Assembly (NCBI GenBank): GCA_937897575.1
Contig: CALCQG010000102.1
Span: 1-43,726, forward strand
DNA: 43,726 nt
From: an uncultured Synergistales bacterium
GTDB lineage: Bacteria; Synergistota; Synergistia; Synergistales; Aminobacteriaceae
Direction: 5' to 3'
The position numbers and the translations under genes were made by a program. How positions within the stretch are numbered: position 1 is the stretch's first letter; every line of letters starts with the position of its first letter. This document shows, piece by piece, positions 28,032-37,920 of the stretch. A model generated the notes under the pieces. The model was not told the origin of the DNA, did not search any database, and saw nothing but the letters and a program-made list of their open reading frames with translations.

Positions 28032-28071
28032 GGCCGGATCCTCTTTTATTGAGAGGTTCCGGCCTTTTTTT
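28032..28071 (+). terminator. Attenuator terminator of the leu leader
   Basis: GGCCGGAtCCTCT...AGAGGtTCCGGCC followed by T7, upstream of leuA. Confidence 0.88.
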
Positions 28072-28144
28072 ATGGGATGAGCAGTCCACACCCTCTGCCC
28101 CCGCAAAGCGGGGCGACGAGGACATATAGAAGGGAGAGAGCGTT

Positions 28145-29701
28145 TTGAGCACCTACGAGCATGTTCGGATTTTCGACACCACGCTGAGAGACGGAGAACA
28201 GGCGGCCGGGATCAACCTGAACACCAAGGAGAAACTGCAGATCGCCGCCCAGCTCGCAAAGATGAAGGTGGACGTCATCGAGGCCGGATTTCCGGCAGCG
28301 TCCCCGGGGGATTTCGACGCGGTGCAGCTCATCGCCCGTGAGATCCCGGGACCGATCATCGCGGGGCTTGCCAGGACGAGGAGGGAGGATATCGCGGCCG
28401 CGGCCGAAGCGGTGAAGCCTGCGGCGAAGCCGCGGATCCACACCTTCATCGCCACGAGCCCCATCCACATGGAGTATAAGCTGAAGATGACCCCAGAAGA
28501 GGTCCTCGAGGAGGTCCGCCAGGCGGTGACCTACGCCCGAAGCCTCGTGTCGGATGTGGAGTTCTCCGCGGAGGACGCCAGCCGGTCGGATCCCGCCTTC
28601 CTGGGTGAGGTGTTCCGCGTGGCCGCCGAGTGCGGCGCCACGACACTCAACATCCCCGATACGGTGGGGTACGCCATCCCGACGGAGTTCGGCGACTTTC
28701 TTGCCGCGGTCATCGAGGCATCCGGCCGCCCCGACGTCATATGGTCCACCCACTGCCACAACGACCTCGGGCTCGCCGTCGCCAACTCCCTGGCGGCCGT
28801 GCGTGCGGGGATCCGGCAGATCGAGTGCACGGTGAACGGCATCGGGGAACGGGCGGGGAACGCCTCCATGGAGGAGATCGTCATGGCCCTCCGCACCAGA
28901 AGGGACAGCTTCGGATGCACCACGGAGGTCGACACGACGAAGCTCTGCGGCATCAGCTCCATGGTCTCCCGAATGACGGGCTTTCCCGTCCCGCCGAACA
29001 AGGCCATCGTCGGAGCCAACGCCTTCGCCCACGAGGCGGGGATCCACCAGCACGGCATGCTGTGCAACAAGGCCACCTACGAGATCATGAGCCCCGAGGA
29101 TGTGGGAGCCGGCAGCAGGCTCGTCCTCGGCAAGCACTCGGGCAAGCACGCCTTCCGCCAGCAGGTGGAGAAGATGGGCTACTCCCTCTCGGAGGAGAAG
29201 CTCTCCGAGGCCATGGCGATCTTCAAGGACCTGTGCGACCGCAAGGAGATCGTGACCACCGACGATCTCGAGGCCATGATCGAGACCGAGGTCCTGCGAT
29301 CGGAGGAGGGAGAGGGGCGGCGGATCGCCCTCAAGAAGTTCATGGTGCAGGTGGGGCAGGGGCACGGAACGGCCACGGTCACCATCGAGGATCAGGGGCG
29401 GCAGGTCACCGACGCCGCCACGGGGAACGGCCCGGTGGACGCGGCCTACAAGGCCATCCGACGGATCGTGGGGATCGAACCCATTCTGGAGAGCTACTCG
29501 ATCCAAGCCGTGACGGAGGCGACGGACGCCATCGGAGAGGCCCGGGTCACCCTTCTCATGGACGACATGAAGGTCATGGGGCGGGGGGCCAGCACGGACG
29601 TGATCGAGGCGAGCATGAAGGCGTACATCGACGGCATCAACCGTCTTTTCCTGAAAGAAGCCATGAAAGGGGTGCAGGTCAATGGGCAGAACGCTGGTTA
29701 G
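28145..29701 (+). CDS. leuA: 2-isopropylmalate synthase
   Basis: FDTTLRDGEQ, EAGFP, HCHNDLGLA, GIGERAGN, HEAGIHQHG, GNGPVDA regulatory domain; TTG start with SD AAGGGAG. Confidence 0.96.
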   Translation: MSTYEHVRIFDTTLRDGEQAAGINLNTKEKLQIAAQLAKMKVDVIEAGFPAASPGDFDAVQLIAREIPGPIIAGLARTRREDIAAAAEAVKPAAKPRIHTFIATSPIHMEYKLKMTPEEVLEEVRQAVTYARSLVSDVEFSAEDASRSDPAFLGEVFRVAAECGATTLNIPDTVGYAIPTEFGDFLAAVIEASGRPDVIWSTHCHNDLGLAVANSLAAVRAGIRQIECTVNGIGERAGNASMEEIVMALRTRRDSFGCTTEVDTTKLCGISSMVSRMTGFPVPPNKAIVGANAFAHEAGIHQHGMLCNKATYEIMSPEDVGAGSRLVLGKHSGKHAFRQQVEKMGYSLSEEKLSEAMAIFKDLCDRKEIVTTDDLEAMIETEVLRSEEGEGRRIALKKFMVQVGQGHGTATVTIEDQGRQVTDAATGNGPVDAAYKAIRRIVGIEPILESYSIQAVTEATDAIGEARVTLLMDDMKVMGRGASTDVIEASMKAYIDGINRLFLKEAMKGVQVNGQNAG

Positions 29702-30971
29702 TTCCATCATCGCGGCACATTCGTCCGGGGAGGCGCGGGAGGGAGAGATATGCGAGGTTCGGGTGGATTTCGCCTTCGCGAACGACATCACCGCCGCCCC
29801 CGCGTTTCAATCCTTCGAGGAGATGGGGGGGACGCAGGTCTTCGACAGGACGCGGTGCGCCGTGCTCCCCGACCACTTCACGCCGAACAAGGATATCGCC
29901 TCGGCGGAGCAGACGAAAAGAGGGCGCGAGTTCGCCAAAGCGCATGGCATGCTCTTCTGGGAGGTGGGCCGTGTCGGCGTGGAGCACACCTTCCTGCCTG
30001 AAAAGGGGTACATACTCCCCGGCGACATCGTCATCGGGGCGGACAGTCACACCTGCACGGGCGGCGCCATGGGGGCCTTCGCCACGGGAGTGGGGAGCAC
30101 CGATCTGGCCGCCGTGTGGGCCCTCGGCGAGACGTGGCTCAAAGTCCCCCCCACCATCCGGGTGGACTTCAGGGGCAAACGCCCCGGGTGGATCACCGGC
30201 AAGGACATGATCCTCTCTCTGCTGGGCCGGATCGGCGTTCAGGGCGCGCGATACATGGCCCTCGAGTTCGGCGGGGAGGGCGTCGAGAGCCTCCCCATGG
30301 ACGACCGGTTCACCATGGCCAACATGGCCGTGGAGGGGGGCGCGAAAACGGGCATCTTCATCCCTGACGAAAAGACCCTCGCCTATGCGAAGGAACGGGC
30401 CGCCCGGCCGTTCACTCCCCGCTACCCCGACGGGGATGCCCCGTACCTCCGGCGCGAGACCTTCGACCTCGAAACCATGGAGCCCGTTGCGGCCATGCCC
30501 CACTCCCCCGACAACGTGAAGCCGGTGCGCGACTGCGGCTCCCCCGCCATCGACCAGGTCTTCATCGGATCGTGCACCAACGGCCGTTTCCGTGACATCC
30601 GGGCCGCCGCCGAGATGCTCCGGGGCAAGAAGGTCGCCGACCATGTGCGGTGCATGGTCATCCCGGCATCCTACGAGGTCTACAACAAGGCCCTCGACGC
30701 AGGGTACGTACGGATCTTCACCGAGGCCGGCGCGTCGGTATGCACCCCCACCTGCGGCCCCTGTCTGGGAGGCCATCTGGGCATCCTCGCCGCCGGGGAG
30801 CGATGCGTCTCCACGAGCAACAGGAACTTCGTGGGCCGCATGGGGAGCCCGAGGAGCGAGCTCATCCTGGCCAGCCCGCTCACCGCGGCGGCAAGCGCCG
30901 TGGCGGGGCGTCTCGTCGACCCGAGAGACGTGGAGGGAAGCCAATTCTTCACATTCATGGAGGAGGAATAG
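29682..30971 (+). CDS. leuC: 3-isopropylmalate dehydratase large subunit
   Basis: GADSHTCTGGA, FIGSCTNGR, PTCGPCLGG (Fe-S cysteines), STSNRNFVGRMG. Confidence 0.94.
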   Translation: MGRTLVSSIIAAHSSGEAREGEICEVRVDFAFANDITAAPAFQSFEEMGGTQVFDRTRCAVLPDHFTPNKDIASAEQTKRGREFAKAHGMLFWEVGRVGVEHTFLPEKGYILPGDIVIGADSHTCTGGAMGAFATGVGSTDLAAVWALGETWLKVPPTIRVDFRGKRPGWITGKDMILSLLGRIGVQGARYMALEFGGEGVESLPMDDRFTMANMAVEGGAKTGIFIPDEKTLAYAKERAARPFTPRYPDGDAPYLRRETFDLETMEPVAAMPHSPDNVKPVRDCGSPAIDQVFIGSCTNGRFRDIRAAAEMLRGKKVADHVRCMVIPASYEVYNKALDAGYVRIFTEAGASVCTPTCGPCLGGHLGILAAGERCVSTSNRNFVGRMGSPRSELILASPLTAAASAVAGRLVDPRDVEGSQFFTFMEEE

Positions 30972-30973
30972 CC

Positions 30974-31486
30974 ATGGCGAATACATTCAAGGGAAAGGCC
31001 TGGAAATACGGCGACAACGTGGACACCGACGGAATCATCCCCGCGCGGTACCTCGTCTCGGGGGACGCGCGCGAACTGGGGAAACACTGCATGGAGGACC
31101 TCGACAGCAGGTTCATAAGCCAGGTGGAGGACGGCGATGTGATCGTGGGCGGAGAGAACTTCGGCTGCGGCTCCTCGAGAGAGCACGCGCCCCTGGCCAT
31201 CAAGGGGGCGGGGTGCAGCTGCGTCATCGCCTCGTCCTTCGCCCGCATCTTCTTCCGAAACGCCATCAACGTGGGGCTCCCCATCTTCGAATGCCCCGAC
31301 GCGGTGAAGGACATTGAGACGGGCGACCGGATCGAGGTGGACCCGTCGGCCGGGACCATACGGAACACGACCAAAGGCAGGACCTACTCCGTGATCCCCT
31401 TCGCCCCCTTCCTCCAGGAGCTCATCCGGGAGGGAGGGTTGGTCCCCTACGTCCGCCAGCGCCTCTCGGCGGCGAAGGGAGCGTGA
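30974..31486 (+). CDS. leuD: 3-isopropylmalate dehydratase small subunit
   Basis: GDNVDTDGIIPARYL, NFGCGSSREHA, SFARIFFRNAINVGLP; SD GGAGG. Confidence 0.95.
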   Translation: MANTFKGKAWKYGDNVDTDGIIPARYLVSGDARELGKHCMEDLDSRFISQVEDGDVIVGGENFGCGSSREHAPLAIKGAGCSCVIASSFARIFFRNAINVGLPIFECPDAVKDIETGDRIEVDPSAGTIRNTTKGRTYSVIPFAPFLQELIREGGLVPYVRQRLSAAKGA

Positions 31487-32616
31487 GGGGCGTGAGGGAG
31501 TACGTCCTCTCCCGCCTTGCGGGCGACGGCATAGGCCCCGAGGTGGTGGGCGAGGCGTCGAAGGTCATGGAGGCAGCTGGGCAACAGGCGGGTTTCGCCA
31601 TTCGGTGGGTGGACTACCCCTTCGGGGCGGAGCACTACCTTCGGACGGGAGAGGTCCTCCCCGAAGGGGCGGTCCGGGAGATGGGCGAAACAGACGCCCT
31701 TCTCCTCGGGGCCGTGGGAGACCCCAGGGTGAAACCGGGGATCCTCGAGCGCGGCATACTGCTCCACCTCCGGTTCCACTTCGACCAGTACGTGAACCTC
31801 CGCCCGGCGAAGAGCTACCCGAGAGTCCCCCTCCCCATCCAGCCGAAGAGCGGGAAAGGGCTGGACACCCTCGTGGTCCGGGAGAACACCGAGGACTTCT
31901 ACATAGGCATCGGCGGGCGGACGGAGAGGGGGAAAACATCCGTGGACCTGGCGACGGAACGGGGGCTCTTCACTCTGACGGGGCGTCTCGAAGGGGCCTT
32001 CTCCGGAGCGACGGAGGGAGCCTTTCAGCTCGGCGTGGCATCGGAGCCCGCCGTGCGGCGGGTGGTGGCCTACGGCTGCAGGGCAGCCAAAGCGCGGGGC
32101 GAGGAGGGCATCGCCGTCGCCTCCAAGGCCAACGCCCTGCCTCAAATGTACGGATTCTGGGAGGAGGTGGCCAGGGACGAGGCGAACCGCCAGGGCATAA
32201 AGATGTCCGTCGTGAACGTGGACGCCATGTGCTACCACCTCGTGCGGACCCCTGACCTCTACGGCGTGATCGTCGCGCCGAACATGTTCGGCGACATCGT
32301 CAGCGACCTGCTGGCGGGGCTCGCCGGCGGCCTCGGCGTGGCAGCCGGCGCCGATATCGGGGACGGGCTCTCCATGTTCGAGCCCATCCACGGATCCGCC
32401 CCCGACATCGCGGGGACGGGCAGCGCGAACCCCATCGCGACGATCCTCACGGGCGCCCTGCTCCTGAACCACATCGGCGAACAGGGAGCGGCGACGGCCG
32501 TGGAACGGGCCGTCACGGAGTTTCTCGAACAGGCCGCGCCAAAGGCTCTGCCCAGAGAGTTCGGCGGTGACGGCACGACGACGGCCGTCGGCGAGGCTAT
32601 CCTAAAGAGACTGTAA
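31483..32616 (+). CDS. leuB: 3-isopropylmalate dehydrogenase
   Basis: GDGIGPEV, GAVGDP, NLRP, VRENTE, NMFGDIVSD, FEPIHGSAPDIAG; operon context. Confidence 0.9.
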   Translation: MRGVREYVLSRLAGDGIGPEVVGEASKVMEAAGQQAGFAIRWVDYPFGAEHYLRTGEVLPEGAVREMGETDALLLGAVGDPRVKPGILERGILLHLRFHFDQYVNLRPAKSYPRVPLPIQPKSGKGLDTLVVRENTEDFYIGIGGRTERGKTSVDLATERGLFTLTGRLEGAFSGATEGAFQLGVASEPAVRRVVAYGCRAAKARGEEGIAVASKANALPQMYGFWEEVARDEANRQGIKMSVVNVDAMCYHLVRTPDLYGVIVAPNMFGDIVSDLLAGLAGGLGVAAGADIGDGLSMFEPIHGSAPDIAGTGSANPIATILTGALLLNHIGEQGAATAVERAVTEFLEQAAPKALPREFGGDGTTTAVGEAILKRL

Positions 32617-32631
32617 TTCTCCCAGACGTAC

Positions 32632-32661
32632 AGCCCGGGGCGCTCCTCCAGGCCCCGGGCT
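32632..32661 (+). terminator. Hairpin after leuB
   Basis: AGCCCGGGGC / GCCCCGGGCT 10-bp arms; weak T tail. Confidence 0.55.
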
Positions 32662-32699
32662 CTTGTGACACGACAGTGCGGTTCCTCACCTCTCAGAAC

Positions 32700-32728
32700 T
32701 TGACAGGCAACCGGCAAAAAATTATCAT
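32700..32728 (+). promoter_or_regulatory. Sigma70 promoter of the ABC transporter operon
   Basis: TTGACA-17 bp-TATCAT. Confidence 0.7.
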
Positions 32729-32893
32729 GTTTTTTGTCCAAGGCGGCAGTTTTGCGGTCTGTAGGGTTTTGTTTTTAACGCGCCGACCGGCAGAAGAGGA
32801 GAAGACCTCGGCGGTTCGGCATAGCCTTTCCGCTTCGCCCCCACATCGTCGATTCTGTACCAGATCCATACTATCTCTCGTAAGGAGGAATGT

Positions 32894-34162
32894 ATGTCCA
32901 TGGTATCCAGAAAAAGAACGCTTTTCGTCGCTCTGTGTGTCCTCTGCACCGTCCTCTTCGCAGGCAGCGCCTTCGCCGAGGAGAAGATCATCAAGATCGG
33001 TACCCTGTTTCCGCTGACGGGTCCGTCGGCCGTGTCCGGGCAGAACTGTCTGAACTCCGTTCTCGCCGCAGCGGAGGTCATCAACAACGCCAACCCCGAC
33101 CTCAACATCCCCCTTGCGGAGAAGGCCGGGCTGCTTGACGGCTACAAGGTCGTCATCGTGAAGGCAGACCATCAGGGCAAGCCCGATGTGGCCAAGTCCG
33201 AGGCCGAGCGCCTGTACAACCAGGAGGGCGTCTTCGCCATCATCGGCAGCTACAACAGCTCCGCCACGAAGCCGGCCAGTGCTGTCGCCGAGCGGGCGAA
33301 GAAGCTGTTCCTCTGCGGCGCCTCCAGCTCTGCGGCCCTCACCGAGAGGGACTTCAAGTACTTCTTCCGCCACGCCCCCACGGACGCCATCGAGTCCAAG
33401 GAGTTCACGGACTACATCGAGTACCTGAACAAGGAGAAGAACGCCGGCATCAAGACCATCGGGCTCTTCTACGAGAACACCGAGTTCGGCAAGCACGCAG
33501 CCGACGAGGGCAAGAAGGCCGCCAAGGAGATCGGCCTTGAAGTGGTCGCGGACGTCCCCTTCAACAACGCCGCCACGAACCTGAGCAGCGAAGTGCAGAC
33601 CCTCAAGGCCGCCAACCCGGACGTGGTGTTCGGCGCGGCCCTCGGCGCCGACTACTCCCTCTGGGTGCGGACCATGAAGCAGGTCAACTGGCTTCCCAAG
33701 ATGGCCGTCAACTACTGCACGGGCTACCAGAACCCTGCCGTTCAGAAGGAACTTGCCGGCGACGGCGACTACTTCATGGGCGGCATGAGCTTCTCGCCGG
33801 AGCTCGCCCAGAAGTTCATGCCCGAGGCGATCAAGGTCCAGGAGAAGTACTATCGCCCCCTCGCGAACCAGGAGTTCGACAGCGACTCCCTTCAGGAGGG
33901 CGTCATGCTCCTGATCCTCGCCCAGGCCATTGAGAAGGCCGGCGGCCTCGACACGGAGAAGGTCCGCGAGATCCTCGCCACGGAGACCTTCGTCTCCCCT
34001 CTGTCTCTGAGCGGCGAAGTGGCCTTCGAGCCGGGCGGCCAGAACGTCAAGGCCCTCAGCGTCATCACCCAGATGAAGGACCTGAAGTACAACACGATCT
34101 ACCCCACGAAGTACCAGGACTCCGAGCCCATGTACCCCATGGCGCCCTGGGACAAGAGATAG
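32894..34162 (+). CDS. HAAT (LivJ/LivK-family) ABC substrate-binding protein
   Basis: Signal peptide; IKIGTLFPLTG, IIGSYNSS, FFRHAPTD, ENTEFG; SD AAGGAGG. Confidence 0.9.
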   Translation: MSMVSRKRTLFVALCVLCTVLFAGSAFAEEKIIKIGTLFPLTGPSAVSGQNCLNSVLAAAEVINNANPDLNIPLAEKAGLLDGYKVVIVKADHQGKPDVAKSEAERLYNQEGVFAIIGSYNSSATKPASAVAERAKKLFLCGASSSAALTERDFKYFFRHAPTDAIESKEFTDYIEYLNKEKNAGIKTIGLFYENTEFGKHAADEGKKAAKEIGLEVVADVPFNNAATNLSSEVQTLKAANPDVVFGAALGADYSLWVRTMKQVNWLPKMAVNYCTGYQNPAVQKELAGDGDYFMGGMSFSPELAQKFMPEAIKVQEKYYRPLANQEFDSDSLQEGVMLLILAQAIEKAGGLDTEKVREILATETFVSPLSLSGEVAFEPGGQNVKALSVITQMKDLKYNTIYPTKYQDSEPMYPMAPWDKR

Positions 34163-34197
34163 TTTTTTTCTGAGAAACGCACGTACTGGTATTCCTG

Positions 34198-34227
34198 GGA
34201 GGGCGGGCTTGGTCTGCCCTCCTTTTT
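34198..34227 (+). terminator. Intercistronic hairpin with T tract after the binding-protein gene
   Basis: GGAGGGCGGGC-ttg-GTCTGCCCTCC-TTTTT. Confidence 0.6.
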
Positions 34228-34246
34228 ATCGGAAGGAGTGTCAGGG

Positions 34247-35107
34247 ATGGACAACTTTCTCCAGGTCCTCCTGGACGGAGTGCTGAACGGGCTTGTCTAC
34301 GCCCTCGTTGCTGCTGGGCTGAGCCTGATCTGGGGCGTCATGGACGTCATCAACTTCGCCCACGGAGAGTTTCTCATGGTCGGAATGTACGTCAGCTACT
34401 GGCTCGGTTTCATCCTGAAGATCGACCCCCTCTTCTCGTGGGTCGCGGCGGGACTTTTTCTTTTCATTCTCGGAGCGGTCACCTATAAGATCATCATCAG
34501 GAACAGCCTCGGCAAATCGGGCATGGCCCCCCTGCTCGCCACCTTCGGCCTCTCCATGGTCTTGAAGAACTTCTGCATGAACCGCTTCACCCCCAATTTC
34601 CGTCTGCTCTCGGGGACCATCCTGGAGGGGAAGACCCTGTCCTTCGGCGGGGCGATCATCTCGGTCCCCCAGCTCGTCACGGCGCTCTTCGCCCTCGTGG
34701 TGCTGAGCCTGCTCTATTGGATGCTGAAGAAGACCCGCCTCGGCTGGGCCATCCAGGCCACGGCCATGGACAAGGAGGCGGCGGAGCTCATGGGCATCAA
34801 GACGGAGAACATCTTCCTTCTCGTCTTCGGCATCGGCGGCGCCTGCGTCGGCATCACCGGGGGCCTCATGACCTCCTACCTGGCCGTCTACCCCGAGGTC
34901 GGCGGGCTGTTCAGCCTCATCGCCTTCGTCGTGGTCGCCCTCGGCGGCTTCGGCAGCATCCCCGGCGCCCTGCTGGCCGCCCTGCTCATCGGGCTCGTGG
35001 AGTCCTTCTCGGGCTTCTACATCGCCGCCGTAGTGAAGTACGTGGCCGTCTTCGCCGTGTACCTCGCCGTCATTCTGCTCCGCCCCAGGGGCCTTTTCGG
35101 GTGGTGA
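34247..35107 (+). CDS. livH: HAAT ABC permease, LivH family
   Basis: YALVAAGLSLIWGVMDVINFAHGE; AAELMGI; VALGGFGSIPGA; RPRGLFG. Confidence 0.85.
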   Translation: MDNFLQVLLDGVLNGLVYALVAAGLSLIWGVMDVINFAHGEFLMVGMYVSYWLGFILKIDPLFSWVAAGLFLFILGAVTYKIIIRNSLGKSGMAPLLATFGLSMVLKNFCMNRFTPNFRLLSGTILEGKTLSFGGAIISVPQLVTALFALVVLSLLYWMLKKTRLGWAIQATAMDKEAAELMGIKTENIFLLVFGIGGACVGITGGLMTSYLAVYPEVGGLFSLIAFVVVALGGFGSIPGALLAALLIGLVESFSGFYIAAVVKYVAVFAVYLAVILLRPRGLFGW

Positions 35108-35111
35108 CGCC

Positions 35112-36113
35112 ATGACGAAGAAGACGACCCTCTCCGACAGACTCTGGTACCTCTTCCTCGCCGCGGCCCTCGTCCTGCCCTTCATCCCGGGCGGAATCGG
35201 CAACAGCTTCCACGGACACGTGCTCACCATGGTCCTCCTCTACGCCGCCATGGCCCAGGCCTGGAACATCATCAGCGGTTACTGCGGACAGACCTCCTTC
35301 GGCCACGCCGTCTTCTTCGGCATAGGGGCCTACGGCGCCGCCATGGCCGTCGTGCAGTTCAACACCCTCCCCTGGTACGGCGCACCAGTCGGCGCTGTTG
35401 TGGCCGCCGTAACCTCCGTCCTGATCAGCGCCCCCTGCTTCAAGCTGAAGGGGCACTACTTCGCCATCGCCACCTTCGCCATCGTGGAGATCTTCAGCCG
35501 CCTCTTCATGATATGGGACTGGGTGGGCGGCGCCATCGGGCTGGACTACCCCATCCTCGACGACGGCTGGCGCAACTTCTCCTGGTCGTCGGACAAAAAC
35601 GGCTACTACCTCGGGGCCCTGGCCCTCTTCACCCTCATCTTCGGCGTCGTCCGATGGATCGAGTCCCACCGGATGGGCTACTACTTCCGGGCCGTTCGGG
35701 AGGGACAGGAGACCGCCGAGTCCCTGGGCGTGCACAGCACGGCCGTGAAACTCTCGGCCATGGCCCTCTCTGCCGGGCTGACGGCCCTTTGCGGGGCCTT
35801 CTTCGCCCAGTACAACTACCGCGTCGACCCGCCCATGGTCATGTCCCTCGACATCTCCATGAAGTTCCTCCTCATCACCATCCTGGGAGGGCTCGGGACC
35901 TTCTGGGGCCCGCTGCTCGGCGCCGCGGTCCTCATTCCCCTCCAGGAGTACACGCGCGCCTACCTCAGCCATCTCGGCTCCGGCGTGGACCTGATCATCT
36001 TCGGGATCATCATCATCCTGACCATGATCAAACAGCCCATGGGGATCATGGGCATCATCCGGGGCGTCACCCGCAGGACGAGCACCGTTCCGGCGAAGGA
36101 AGGTGACGCGTGA
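35112..36113 (+). CDS. livM: HAAT ABC permease, LivM family
   Basis: WNIISGYCGQTSFGHAVFFGIGAY; LKGHYFAIAT; ILGGLGTFWGP. Confidence 0.85.
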   Translation: MTKKTTLSDRLWYLFLAAALVLPFIPGGIGNSFHGHVLTMVLLYAAMAQAWNIISGYCGQTSFGHAVFFGIGAYGAAMAVVQFNTLPWYGAPVGAVVAAVTSVLISAPCFKLKGHYFAIATFAIVEIFSRLFMIWDWVGGAIGLDYPILDDGWRNFSWSSDKNGYYLGALALFTLIFGVVRWIESHRMGYYFRAVREGQETAESLGVHSTAVKLSAMALSAGLTALCGAFFAQYNYRVDPPMVMSLDISMKFLLITILGGLGTFWGPLLGAAVLIPLQEYTRAYLSHLGSGVDLIIFGIIIILTMIKQPMGIMGIIRGVTRRTSTVPAKEGDA

Positions 36114-36880
36114 TGACGCTGCTGGAGGTCCGGAATCTCACCAAAACCTTCGGGGCCCTCATGGCGAACAGCGAGGTTTCCTTCGACGTGGAGCGGGGTT
36201 CCATCGTCGGGCTCATCGGCCCCAACGGGGCCGGCAAGACCACCCTCTTTAACTGCGTTGCGGGGCTCTACAAGCCCACCTCCGGGACCGTCACCCTCGA
36301 CGGGGAGGACATCACGGGGCTGCCGTCGTGGAAGATCGCCCGCCTCGGCGTGGCGCGGACCTTCCAGGTCGTCCGCCCGCTCAAGGAGATGACGGTGTTC
36401 GAGAACATCCTCGTGGGAGCCCACATGCGGCACAGAGAGACGGCGAAAGCCGCGGAGATCGCCACGCGCTGCATGGAGCTCTGCTTCCTCTCCTCCTACC
36501 GGGACCACCTCTCGGGAGGACTCACCATCGGAAACAAGAAGCGTCTCGAGGTCGCCCGAGCGCTCGCCACGGAGCCGAAGCTCATCCTCCTCGACGAGGC
36601 CGTCGCGGGGCTCACCTCCACCGAGGTGAAGGAGATGGTGGAGGTCATCCGGCGGATGAAGGACGAAGGCATCACCGTCCTCATGGTGGAGCACATCATG
36701 GAGGCCATCATGCCCATCGCCGACAAGCTGGTGGTGCTGAACAGCGGGGTGAAGATCTGCGAGGACGCCCCCCGGGCCGTGGTGCAGAACCCCGAGGTCA
36801 TCCGGGCCTACTTCGGCGAGAAGTACAGCCGGCGGCTCCGGACGGAAGGGAAGGAGGACGATCATGGCTGCGATGCTTGA
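36113..36880 (+). CDS. livG: HAAT ABC ATPase, LivG family
   Basis: GPNGAGKTT, GVARTFQ, LLDEAVAGL, VEH. Confidence 0.88.
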   Translation: MTLLEVRNLTKTFGALMANSEVSFDVERGSIVGLIGPNGAGKTTLFNCVAGLYKPTSGTVTLDGEDITGLPSWKIARLGVARTFQVVRPLKEMTVFENILVGAHMRHRETAKAAEIATRCMELCFLSSYRDHLSGGLTIGNKKRLEVARALATEPKLILLDEAVAGLTSTEVKEMVEVIRRMKDEGITVLMVEHIMEAIMPIADKLVVLNSGVKICEDAPRAVVQNPEVIRAYFGEKYSRRLRTEGKEDDHGCDA

Positions 36881-37577
36881 GGCCAGGGATATTCACTGCG
36901 GCTATGACGGCGTGCCGGTGATCCACGGGCTCTCCCTGGAGGTCAACGAGGGCGAGATCGTGGCCATCATCGGGGCCAACGGCGCGGGCAAATCCACGAC
37001 CATGAGGACCATCTGCGGGCTCATGCATCCGGACAGAGGGCAGATCCTCTTCCAGGGCGAGGACATAAGCCGTCTTCCCGCCTCGGAGACCATCCGGAAG
37101 GGGATAAGCTACATCCCCGAGGCCCGCAGGCTCTTCCCGAGGCTCACCGTGCTCGAGAACCTCGAGCTCGGGGCCTTCACGGAGAAGGACCGCTCCGTGG
37201 TGGAGGAACGCCTCTCCGAGGTGTTCTCCCTCTTTCCGAAGCTCAAGGACCGGCTGCACCAGACCGCGGAGACCATGAGCGGAGGGGAGCAGCAGATGTG
37301 CGCCATCGCGCGGGGGCTCATGTCGGGGCCGAAGCTGCTCATGCTGGACGAGCTCTCCCTCGGCCTCATGCCGAGCCTCGTGGAAAAGGTCTTCGAGGCC
37401 GTGACCGCCATCAACGAAAAGGGCATCACCGTGCTCCTTGTGGAGCAGCTTGTCCAGGAGGCCCTTGAGATCGCGGACCGGGGCTACGTGCTGCAGACCG
37501 GTCGCCTGGTCCACTCGGGCACGGCCCGGGAGCTCCTCGACTCTCCGGAGGTTCGACGGGCCTACATGGGCATGTAG
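36864..37577 (+). CDS. livF: HAAT ABC ATPase, LivF family
   Basis: GANGAGKST, MSGGEQQM, LDELSLGL, VRRAYMG. Confidence 0.88.
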   Translation: MAAMLEARDIHCGYDGVPVIHGLSLEVNEGEIVAIIGANGAGKSTTMRTICGLMHPDRGQILFQGEDISRLPASETIRKGISYIPEARRLFPRLTVLENLELGAFTEKDRSVVEERLSEVFSLFPKLKDRLHQTAETMSGGEQQMCAIARGLMSGPKLLMLDELSLGLMPSLVEKVFEAVTAINEKGITVLLVEQLVQEALEIADRGYVLQTGRLVHSGTARELLDSPEVRRAYMGM

Positions 37578-37605
37578 CTCTGCGAGGTTTGCCGCGGAAC
37601 AGACG

Positions 37606-37640
37606 GAGCCGCCCCTCCTGTTCGAAGGGGCGGCTCTTTT
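37606..37640 (+). terminator. Intrinsic terminator after livF
   Basis: GAGCCGCCCCT / AGGGGCGGCTC 11-bp arms followed by TTTT. Confidence 0.8.
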
Positions 37641-37920
37641 GTTCGGTTGTCCGGACATCGCCGCGCGGGGCGCGGCGTTCCTTCATGCCATACCGACGGG
37701 ACGACGGAAAGGCAGGGGGGGGTGAAAATCTCACAGTGCGCCGCCTGGGGCGAAAAGACCGTACACTGGCGGGCTCCCCTCCCGGCGAGGCGGTTGCGGA
37801 CTCCCGAGCGAAGGTCTGAACCCGGCTCCCCTCACCGGTTCGCCTCACGATCGATATCGGGCTCCACGCTCTTCGGAGGGTCATACCCCTGGCGTCGGTC
37901 GCCCTTGGTCTTCCCTCCGC

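Noticed and set aside
27880..28144. T-box riboswitch upstream of leuA
   Set aside because: No T-box consensus seen; the leader peptide and alternative hairpins explain the region.
29682..31486. LeuC/LeuD as dimethylmaleate hydratase or homoaconitase acting with the ICL-family lyase
   Set aside because: They lie between leuA and leuB under a Leu4 attenuator, which points to leucine biosynthesis.
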